DNA from: Candidatus Omnitrophota bacterium
Lineage (GTDB): Bacteria; Omnitrophota; Omnitrophia; Omnitrophales; Aquincolibacteriaceae
Reading direction: 5' to 3'
Assembly: GCA_030698625.1 (NCBI GenBank)
Contig: JAUYMS010000012.1
Coordinates: 29,872-93,871, forward strand
DNA length: 64,000 nt
Positions 19,198-26,340 of the stretch are shown piece by piece; position 1 is the stretch's first letter, and the number at the start of each line of letters is the position of its first letter. Below the pieces are notes generated by a model. That model did not search any database and was not told where the DNA came from. It saw nothing but the letters and a program-made list of their open reading frames with translations. A program made the translations under genes and the position numbers.

Positions 19198-20126
19198 TAA
19201 CGCTCGCATTCATCTTTCTCCTCTGCGTGTTGTTCTCCGCGTTCTTTTCCGGCTCAGAAATGGCGTTTGTGTCAGCCAATAAGCTGGCCTTGCGTAACCG
19301 AGCGGATTCCGGAGACCGTGCGGCTAAGATGATTGTCAAGCTGCAGAGGCAGTCTCACGCGTTCCTGACCGCAGTTTTACTCGGTAATAATATTGTCAAC
19401 GTGACGGCAACTGCCGTTTTGACATTAGCGCTACAGCAGTACTTTGGCATAGAAAGTGAGTTGGTTGTGACGTTGCTCCTGGCCCCCGTGATCATTGTCT
19501 TTGGTGAAATGGTGCCTAAGGACTATTGCCGTATGCGGTCGCAGTCTTTTCTCGTTAAAAATGCGGGCGCTTTGAACCTCTTTTTCTCTATCTTTAAACA
19601 TCCGGCGCGCTGGATATCGGCAGGTGCCAATCTTCTTTTGCCTCGGCGGCATAAAAGTATATTTGTCAGTGAGAGAGAGTTTCGTGCGATCATTGAGGAA
19701 AGTACTCATGCGGGTGTCGTCAGCCGTGACGAAAAAAAGATGGTTGACAGGATTCTTGATTTTGAAAAGACGCATGTCCACACAGTCATGATACCGCTCG
19801 AAGAGGTCTCCAAGGTCAATAACCGGGCTACGGTGGGAGAAGTTAAAGAGGTTGCACGTCGAAGCCGTGCCAAGATGATCTTGGTTTACGAAGAAATTCC
19901 GTCCATCATTGTGGGTATGATTTACGTTTTTGACCTGTTGTTCGAGGAGAGAAATCACCTTGGGTTGAAGGAATTTCTCCGCTCGCCCATTTTTTTGCCT
20001 CAGAATACATCTCTTGAAAAGGCCTTTTTTACGCTACAGCAAAAGCGGCAGTCGAATGCCGTCATAATTGACCGCCGAGGGAACGTCGCCGGCGTTGTTC
20101 CCATTGAGCGGCTTATCACGCTGTAG
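19194..20126 (+). CDS. CNNM/DUF21 + CBS domain membrane protein (paralog of the upstream gene, without the CorC C-terminal domain)
   Basis: DUF21 TM region followed by CBS-like segments. ATGA overlap with the upstream gene. Confidence 0.7.
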   Translation: MITLAFIFLLCVLFSAFFSGSEMAFVSANKLALRNRADSGDRAAKMIVKLQRQSHAFLTAVLLGNNIVNVTATAVLTLALQQYFGIESELVVTLLLAPVIIVFGEMVPKDYCRMRSQSFLVKNAGALNLFFSIFKHPARWISAGANLLLPRRHKSIFVSEREFRAIIEESTHAGVVSRDEKKMVDRILDFEKTHVHTVMIPLEEVSKVNNRATVGEVKEVARRSRAKMILVYEEIPSIIVGMIYVFDLLFEERNHLGLKEFLRSPIFLPQNTSLEKAFFTLQQKRQSNAVIIDRRGNVAGVVPIERLITL

Positions 20127-20149
20127 ACTATAGGCGGAGGAGAAGCCTC

Positions 20150-20635
20150 GTGGCTCATAGATATAATCAATTATTCCCCTATTTAGTGACCCTGGGTCTT
20201 ACGATTTTTATGATTCTGGTTTCCACGGCAGGGGAGGCCGCCATCGACGATGATATTGGAGCTCCAGCTCAGGAAGTCTACGAGGCGGCGCTGTTTGTCC
20301 TGAACGATGTTGGAGTTTCCACGCAGGACGAAAATGACTTCTATATCGAAAGCGATTGGTCCATAGATACAATAGAGGAAGTTCGAAAACTTCCGTTTAA
20401 TTTCGCATTGGATAAAAAACTCGATCGGCGAGCCCGTTACCATATCCGGCTTGTGCGGTGGCCAACTTACACCGAGGTTCATATTGAGACCAAGTTTCAA
20501 GACCGGCGCCACGGCGCTGGGCGTATGGTGCGGTGGAAGACGCGTAAGGCGACTTTTAACGACCATCAACTCGAAAAGAACCTTTTCGAAGATATTCTCC
20601 TGCGGCTCGAAGCAAACCGCATCCGAAAAGGTTAA
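20150..20635 (+). CDS. hypothetical secreted/lipoprotein-like protein
   Basis: N-terminal hydrophobic helix. I recognise no domain. Confidence 0.4.
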   Translation: MAHRYNQLFPYLVTLGLTIFMILVSTAGEAAIDDDIGAPAQEVYEAALFVLNDVGVSTQDENDFYIESDWSIDTIEEVRKLPFNFALDKKLDRRARYHIRLVRWPTYTEVHIETKFQDRRHGAGRMVRWKTRKATFNDHQLEKNLFEDILLRLEANRIRKG

Positions 20636-20755
20636 AATCCTGCCAAAAACCCCTCTGCCTGCGATAAAGCTTTAGAAAGTGGAGCCGTTATATAGTAGGA
20701 CAGGTGTCGATCCTGTTAGACATCATCCGACCACCTAATAAGGGAGAACGGCTGG

Positions 20756-21856
20756 TTGCAGGTTATAGCAATTGCCAATCAGAAGGGTGGGTGCGGCAAG
20801 ACGACGAGCAGCATTAATCTTGCTGCCTGCTTAGCTCACCTGAAAAAGAAAGTACTTTTGGTGGATCTTGATCCCCAGGGGCATGCCACTTGTGGGCTAG
20901 GGATTCGCGCAGAGGAACTTCCTTATAGTCTTTATGACCTTTTGTCGCCTAAAGACGAACAGAAGCCGGGCGTCTCAGAAGTGCTCATTGAGATTAATCC
21001 ACACTTTTGCCTGCTGCCTTCCCACACAGTTTTGAGTGCCGTAGAAGAGGAATTGGCCTTTCACGGAGGACGTCAAAAGCGCCTGAAATCGTTGTTGTTC
21101 CGCGTTGCTCAGGAGATCGGCGACTTTGACCATATCATAATCGATTGTCCTCCCAATCTTGGCGTATTGACCTATAACGCGCTGGATGCGGCTGACGAAG
21201 TTATCATACCGCTCGAGCCTTCCTTTTTTTCACTGCACGGTCTTGCCAAGATTACGGAAACGATTCAGTGGGTAAACCAAGAAAGAAAGCGGGCTATTGA
21301 ATTGCACGCGCTTATGACCATCTACGATGCGCGCACTTGTTTCGCACGAGAGGTCTACGAAGAGGTTGAAAGATACTTTTCCGAGAGGCTCTTTCGTGCC
21401 GTGATTCACGAAAGCGTGCTGCTGAAAGAGGCGGCAAGTGCGGGCCAGAGCATTGTGGATTACGAGCCGGACTCTATTCCGTTCTATGATTATCTTAGTG
21501 TGGCCACCGAGCTTATGGAGCGCCAATGGAGTCGCATTCTCCCGGAGCAGGAAACGCGCTGGCTCGATAAGATTCAAAATAGGTACGGCCCCCGGTCCGT
21601 CTGCGGGGGAGTCCTTTTTCAATGCTATAACAAATACGCGCGCTTTGTGGAAATTGCCGGAGACTTCAACAATTGGATACCCGAAGCCCTAGTGCAAAGA
21701 AACGACAATGGCCTTTGGCAGAAGGTGATCACGGCGCATGGGGGCGCCTGCCGGTATAAATTTATAGTGGACGGCGAGTGGCAAGTGGACCCTCATCAAC
21801 TGGAGCAACGCGAAAACGCCTACGGCAGTTTCGATTCTTATTTGGAAGTAGGCTGA
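20756..21856 (+). CDS. ParA/MinD-family ATPase fused to C-terminal CBM48/AMPK-beta glycogen-binding-like domain (TTG start)
   Basis: Deviant Walker A NQKGGCGKTTSSINLA, VDLDPQG and IIIDCPP motifs. The C-terminal ~90 aa (ARFVEIAGDFNNWIP...GLWQKV...CRYKFIVDGEWQVDP) matches the AMPK-beta/CBM48 pattern. Confidence 0.75.
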   Translation: MQVIAIANQKGGCGKTTSSINLAACLAHLKKKVLLVDLDPQGHATCGLGIRAEELPYSLYDLLSPKDEQKPGVSEVLIEINPHFCLLPSHTVLSAVEEELAFHGGRQKRLKSLLFRVAQEIGDFDHIIIDCPPNLGVLTYNALDAADEVIIPLEPSFFSLHGLAKITETIQWVNQERKRAIELHALMTIYDARTCFAREVYEEVERYFSERLFRAVIHESVLLKEAASAGQSIVDYEPDSIPFYDYLSVATELMERQWSRILPEQETRWLDKIQNRYGPRSVCGGVLFQCYNKYARFVEIAGDFNNWIPEALVQRNDNGLWQKVITAHGGACRYKFIVDGEWQVDPHQLEQRENAYGSFDSYLEVG

Positions 21857-21858
21857 AC

Positions 21859-22683
21859 GTGAACCCCGATCGGAAACTCAAACGAGGCTTAAAAGATATT
21901 TCACCGGCTTTTTCTGAGCCAACGAAGGCCATCCCCTCTATAGTTAGGCGAGTGACGCTGGATGGGCCACCCGGTGTCACCGTGTTGAGTATTTTTAGCC
22001 CGGATTATCCCGCGGATTCCTTTTTGTTGAATACGCTGTTGGCGTCTCGCTTGGCTAATGCTCAGAGGCCGGGACACATTATATCCATCGATGCGGAGTG
22101 GGACGCCCGCCAGGCTGGGAAGGAAAAACGCATCTTTTCTCAAGAGCTGCTGAATCTTCACCTGAGACGGTCGCGTTTCTCATGGTCTCAGTTCTCTGAG
22201 ATCTGCCGCCGGCGTGTTCCTGAGACAGCCACCGTCACGGTTCCGGATCAACTCATTTTTCTGGATGTTCACTATGGCTGTGTTCCCTTTGATGAGGAAA
22301 TCGCGCCGATTCTGGACAAGTGGATATTTTTTCTCCAACCGCGAGCCGACAGTCTGAGTGAAGCCTATAAAATGATGAAGGCCACATTCGCCCATAATCC
22401 GCATCTCGAGTATTTTCTTGTGTTTGAAGGGGACTCGAAGCGCAAGCCACTCGGCCCTTATCTCTTTGAGCGCTTCTCGTCAATTTTATCCGAGCGTCTT
22501 GGCGTCAATTTAGTCTGGCTGGGATATCTGGATCCGTCCGGTGCGCCGAATGCTTCTCCTGGAGAGATCACTCTAGAACATCTTTTTTTAGGCGAAAGAC
22601 GCGCTATGGATAATCCGGCAAAAGTGGCATTGGCCGGGCTGACTGAGTTATCACTCGGTCGGTACATGTCTACAGCATCATGA
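21859..22683 (+). CDS. degenerate ParA/MinD-like protein lacking Walker A (GTG start; alternative ATG at 21778 overlaps the upstream gene)
   Basis: Collinear with the ParA fold (VTVLSIFSP..., IISIDAEWD, FLDVHYG, FFLQPRADSLSEAYKMMK) but carries no KGG-x-x-K[ST] P-loop. Confidence 0.4.
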   Translation: MNPDRKLKRGLKDISPAFSEPTKAIPSIVRRVTLDGPPGVTVLSIFSPDYPADSFLLNTLLASRLANAQRPGHIISIDAEWDARQAGKEKRIFSQELLNLHLRRSRFSWSQFSEICRRRVPETATVTVPDQLIFLDVHYGCVPFDEEIAPILDKWIFFLQPRADSLSEAYKMMKATFAHNPHLEYFLVFEGDSKRKPLGPYLFERFSSILSERLGVNLVWLGYLDPSGAPNASPGEITLEHLFLGERRAMDNPAKVALAGLTELSLGRYMSTAS

Positions 22684-23291
22684 AGCTCTACTTCCTGCCT
22701 CCCTCCGACACCGTTTCAGATTCAGTTGTCACAGCCCTGAGAGAAGCGGTCCTCAGCCGACAGCCCGAAGCCGGTGAAGATATCGGTATGCCTATGATGG
22801 GGGCCTACAGGCAGCAGATCGTTCTCAGAATGAGCGATGGCGTTTTTTGGGGGCGCGTATTTCGTGATCGAGTTTCAGGCGCAGCTCTTGTTAAGCTTGA
22901 AAAAGAGTATCAACAGCTCAAATCTATTCTGCGCGATAATCTCAGTTACACTGTTTTCTATTCCTCAGCGGTGCCGGAATCACCGGCTAATCCGGAAGCT
23001 TGGCCTGAAGATTTGCTCGAAGACCTTGGCCGACCCGGATTTCACTGCTTTGAATATAGAATCGTGTCTTGTGAGGGAAGCCGCGCATTGGTTTTGCAGA
23101 CTAGCTCCGTTACGCGCGGACTTGGGATTCAACCGCCGGATACCAAGGAAAAGCGTGTTTCCTTCACCCCGCCGCCCCAGAACGCCGAATCGTGCGATGA
23201 ATTGGGGCATCGACTTTCTCCGGCAGAGATAGCCGAATTCGTAGAACTTGGCCTGGAAATTAGAAAACTTACAGGCACCCGCCCTGATTAA
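22680..23291 (+). CDS. hypothetical protein
   Basis: A 203-aa ORF whose start overlaps the upstream stop (ATGA). I recognise no domain with confidence. Confidence 0.4.
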   Translation: MKLYFLPPSDTVSDSVVTALREAVLSRQPEAGEDIGMPMMGAYRQQIVLRMSDGVFWGRVFRDRVSGAALVKLEKEYQQLKSILRDNLSYTVFYSSAVPESPANPEAWPEDLLEDLGRPGFHCFEYRIVSCEGSRALVLQTSSVTRGLGIQPPDTKEKRVSFTPPPQNAESCDELGHRLSPAEIAEFVELGLEIRKLTGTRPD

Positions 23292-23321
23292 AGCGTCATC
23301 TATATCCAAACGACAGTTTTG

Positions 23322-23330
23322 TGGTATAAT
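23322..23330 (+). promoter_or_regulatory. extended -10 promoter element (TGgTATAAT) implying a leaderless or near-leaderless transcript
   Basis: TGGTATAAT at 23322-23330. The ATG at 23340 lies only 9 nt downstream, and there is no room for a Shine-Dalgarno sequence. Confidence 0.4.
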
Positions 23331-23339
23331 CCGCCATAA

Positions 23340-24053
23340 ATGACAGAGATTAAAGCCAATATTGAAATCCTCAAGCAAGCCCAAGAGTTGGATTGGACTG
23401 TATACCATTCCGGACAGCGTCTTATAGAGATCCCTCAGGAGAGGGATAGACTCAAACAGACATTGGAGTCTGAAAAAAGCCATCTCAAGCAACTTCAAGA
23501 CCATCTCACGACCCTTCAACTCAAGCAAAAGGAGAAGGAGCTGGAGCTCGGTGAGAAGGAGGCGCATATTAAGAAGTTAGACGGGCAGCTAGCGCAGGTT
23601 AAAACTAACAAGGAATATAGCGCTATGCAGCAAGAAGTAGCGTCGCTTAAGGCTGATAACTCCGTCCTCGAGGAAGAGATTATTCGAATAATGGATGAAG
23701 TGGAAGCCGCGCAGGAAGAGGTCAAGAAGGAGAGTGACCGCCTCAAGGAGCGCGAAAAGCATTATCAAAGCCAGGAAGTCGAGCTGGCCAGTAAAGAAAA
23801 GAAGCTTAACGAGGAGATTGAAAACCTCCTAAAAGGCAGGGAGGAGATCCTCCAGAGGGTTGATCCCGAGATCCGCGGTAAGTACGAGATCGTGGTGAAG
23901 AAGAAGGAGGGGGTTGCCTTGGCAAAGGTCCTCAATGAAACCTGTTCTGCCTGCCAGATGCGCCTTAGACCCCAGTTGCTTAATGAGATTATTCTCGCCG
24001 CGGACCTCGTTGCCTGCGAAAACTGCTATCGTTTTCTCTACATAGATAAGTAA
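23340..24053 (+). CDS. zinc-ribbon domain coiled-coil protein (C4-type, PF02591-like)
   Basis: About 190 aa of coiled coil followed by CSACQMRL...CENC (a CxxC...CxxC zinc ribbon). Confidence 0.6.
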   Translation: MTEIKANIEILKQAQELDWTVYHSGQRLIEIPQERDRLKQTLESEKSHLKQLQDHLTTLQLKQKEKELELGEKEAHIKKLDGQLAQVKTNKEYSAMQQEVASLKADNSVLEEEIIRIMDEVEAAQEEVKKESDRLKEREKHYQSQEVELASKEKKLNEEIENLLKGREEILQRVDPEIRGKYEIVVKKKEGVALAKVLNETCSACQMRLRPQLLNEIILAADLVACENCYRFLYIDK

Positions 24054-24173
24054 GCCCCTAGCGGCTGACCCCGAAATAACCCTATCCCAGCGACTCTATC
24101 TCTTGTAGGCCCCTCTTTGCCCGCACCCAATATATTGTATCTCTTTATATAGCAATAACTTTTGAAAAAGATT

Positions 24174-24202
24174 TTGACACGAAGGTCAATTCAACCTATA
24201 CT
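24174..24202 (+). promoter_or_regulatory. near-consensus sigma70 promoter of mraZ (TTGACA, 17-nt spacer, TATACT)
   Basis: TTGACA at 24174-24179, 17-nt spacer, TATACT at 24197-24202. Confidence 0.55.
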
Positions 24203-24217
24203 CCAGTCGATAATAAA

Positions 24218-24245
24218 GTGGTAGGAAGTGGTAGGTTGTGGGGAA
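24218..24245 (+). promoter_or_regulatory. three direct GTGG(T/G)(A/G)G repeats at 10-bp spacing; candidate MraZ operator boxes
   Basis: GTGGTAGGAA, GTGGTAGGTT, GTGGGGAAAC between the promoter and the mraZ ATG. E. coli MraZ binds a series of GTGGG direct repeats in its own promoter. Confidence 0.5.
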
Positions 24246-24266
24246 ACCCGAGGAGCCATTCCAGTT

Positions 24267-24704
24267 ATGTTTTACGGCGAATATGAACATACACTCGATA
24301 AGAAAGACCGCATCATCATCCCAGCCAAGTTTCGCGAGATCTTCAAGGAAAATTATGTGGAGCGATTCTATGTCACCCGGGGACTTGATCGCTGTCTGTT
24401 CGTCTTTACCGAAGAGACCTGGAAAAATCAGGAAAAAAAGTTTCGTGAAATGCCCTTTACCCGGCCGGAAGCACGCCGCTTTAACCGGCTTTACTTCTCT
24501 GGTGCAGTCGACGTTGTTTGCGACAAACAGGGGAGGATTCTCATCCCGTCTTATCTCAAGTCATACGCAACGATCAATGAACATGTTGTCGTTATCGGAG
24601 TTTCAGACCGCATCGAAATCTGGGCGAAAGAAAAGTGGAAAGAGTTCTATGACGAAAATCAGGGCAGCTTCGAAGACTTGGCAGAAAAACTAATTACGGA
24701 ATAA
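24267..24704 (+). CDS. mraZ: transcriptional regulator MraZ
   Basis: MFYGEYEHTLDKKDRIIIPAKFRE and the second repeat DKQGRILIP (two DXXXR motifs). Confidence 0.9.
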   Translation: MFYGEYEHTLDKKDRIIIPAKFREIFKENYVERFYVTRGLDRCLFVFTEETWKNQEKKFREMPFTRPEARRFNRLYFSGAVDVVCDKQGRILIPSYLKSYATINEHVVVIGVSDRIEIWAKEKWKEFYDENQGSFEDLAEKLITE

Positions 24705-24724
24705 AACTAAAAGGGGGTTCACCT

Positions 24725-25063
24725 GTGGCTTATCGATCGAGATCTAAGATGGGCGTTGATGTACTGCGATTCGAAGGAGATCTGAGTGCTGTTGAGATGG
24801 TAAAGATTAAAAGCCGTTTGTCTCGCTTGTTGAAGAAGAATCACAAGAAGCTTCTGCTTGATCTCAAGCGCGCGCGCCGCGTTGAATTAGCAGGATTGGG
24901 TATTCTCGTTGACCGTCTCATGAAGGTGCGTCAACAGAAGGGTGATATCAAGTTGTGCAACATCCGACCTGAAGTGGAACAGACGCTACGCATGATCGGG
25001 GTCAGTGGTCTTATGGAGTCGTTTTGTACGGAAGAAGAGGCTATACGGAGTTTTGCTGCATAA
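24725..25063 (+). CDS. STAS-domain protein (anti-sigma-factor antagonist-like; phosphorylatable Ser replaced by Ala)
   Basis: LRFEGDL...LLLDL...ELAGLGILV...IRPEVEQTLRMIGVSGL fits the SpoIIAA/STAS fold. It has AGLG where DSSGLG is expected. RBS AAGGGGG. Confidence 0.55.
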   Translation: MAYRSRSKMGVDVLRFEGDLSAVEMVKIKSRLSRLLKKNHKKLLLDLKRARRVELAGLGILVDRLMKVRQQKGDIKLCNIRPEVEQTLRMIGVSGLMESFCTEEEAIRSFAA

Positions 25064-25973
25064 ACCGGTTCTTATAAAGGAAACCCTGGATTGTTTAGCG
25101 ATCCCTCGGGATGCCGTTGCTGTTGACGGAACTCTGGGTGACGGGGGCCACGCAGAAGAGATGCTTAAGCGATTAGGCCCTGGGGGAAGACTGATCGCGA
25201 TCGACCAAGATCCACAGGCGATCCTCAGATGCCGGGAGCGTTTCAAAGATTATCGCAATATTTCATTTCATCATGAGAATTTTAGGAATATGCCGGCTGT
25301 TCTGGATTCATTGAATATTGTTGCGGTGGATGCTGTGCTGTTGGACATAGGCTTTTCATCCGATCAACTCGAAGACGCATCCCGCGGCTTTAGTTTTGCA
25401 CGAAACGGCCCTCTGGATATGCGAATGAATCCGGATCTTACATTGCAGGCATTCGATATCGTTAACGGGTACAGACAACAGGAGCTCGAAAAGGTGTTTT
25501 ATGAGTTCGGCGAACAGCGATGGTCACGGAGATTTGCTCGTCAGATCGTTGAAGAGCGACATAAGAAGCCCATCCTTACAACCACAGAGCTTGCTGAAGT
25601 CCTTGAGCGTTCCGTGCCCGGAAGATTTTCCCATCCAAAAAGCAAACGGCCTTCGTGGTCTCGCCATCATCCCGCAACGCGCGCTTTTCAAGCATTGCGA
25701 ATTGCCGTCAATGATGAGCTCGGCGCCCTTGAAGAAGGGCTGGATAGAATGTGGCCGTTCCTAAGATCCGGCGGACGACTTGCAACCATTACGTTTCATT
25801 CCCTGGAAGATCGCATTGTGAAGAACCGATTTCGTAATTGGGCTCGGTCCGGGGAAGCGATCCTTGTGCACAAAAAGCCCGTCACCCCCGGCCGCGATGA
25901 AACAGTCGATAACCCGAGGGCACGGAGTGCTAAATTGAGGGTTGTGGAGAGGACCGATGAGCGGATTTCTTAA
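25005..25973 (+). CDS. rsmH: 16S rRNA (cytosine1402-N4)-methyltransferase (GTG start at 25005, or TTG at 25053)
   Basis: HKPVLIKE, VDGTLGDGGHAEEML and LLDIGFSS motifs. Confidence 0.9.
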   Translation: MVLWSRFVRKKRLYGVLLHKPVLIKETLDCLAIPRDAVAVDGTLGDGGHAEEMLKRLGPGGRLIAIDQDPQAILRCRERFKDYRNISFHHENFRNMPAVLDSLNIVAVDAVLLDIGFSSDQLEDASRGFSFARNGPLDMRMNPDLTLQAFDIVNGYRQQELEKVFYEFGEQRWSRRFARQIVEERHKKPILTTTELAEVLERSVPGRFSHPKSKRPSWSRHHPATRAFQALRIAVNDELGALEEGLDRMWPFLRSGGRLATITFHSLEDRIVKNRFRNWARSGEAILVHKKPVTPGRDETVDNPRARSAKLRVVERTDERIS

Positions 25974-26340
25974 AATTATAGGATGGATCATACCGTTAAC
26001 GGTAGGGCTTTTGCTCTATGTTCACGGACAGGTCTCGCTCTTTCAAGTCTCGTATTCTCTGGACTTGCAGCGGCATATAGTTGCCGAAAAGAGGGAAGAA
26101 TACCGCCGCCTTAAGTTTGAGGTGGATCAACTTAAAGCACCCAGGGTGCTTGAACGCCGCATTAAGGACGAAGGCTTAGAACTTGCATTGCCCGACCAAA
26201 TCCGAGTCCTTCGCGTCAGTCCCCCTGTGAATATCCCATTACCGCCCGTCGTGCGGATCCAACCGAAAGCCTTTTCAGACGGCCTGACGAATTTCCTTGG
26301 TAAATGGGTGAGGGTGGCTCAGGCGAAGCCGGACGCCTGA
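25942..26340 (+). CDS. ftsL: cell division protein FtsL-like
   Basis: Small bitopic protein (TM followed by a coiled coil) sitting between rsmH and ftsI. Confidence 0.55.
   Translation: MWRGPMSGFLKIIGWIIPLTVGLLLYVHGQVSLFQVSYSLDLQRHIVAEKREEYRRLKFEVDQLKAPRVLERRIKDEGLELALPDQIRVLRVSPPVNIPLPPVVRIQPKAFSDGLTNFLGKWVRVAQAKPDA

Noticed and set aside
19431-19958. 175-aa ORF on the minus strand
   Set aside because: It lies entirely inside the well-supported + strand DUF21/CBS gene, has no RBS or domain, and is a typical antisense artefact.
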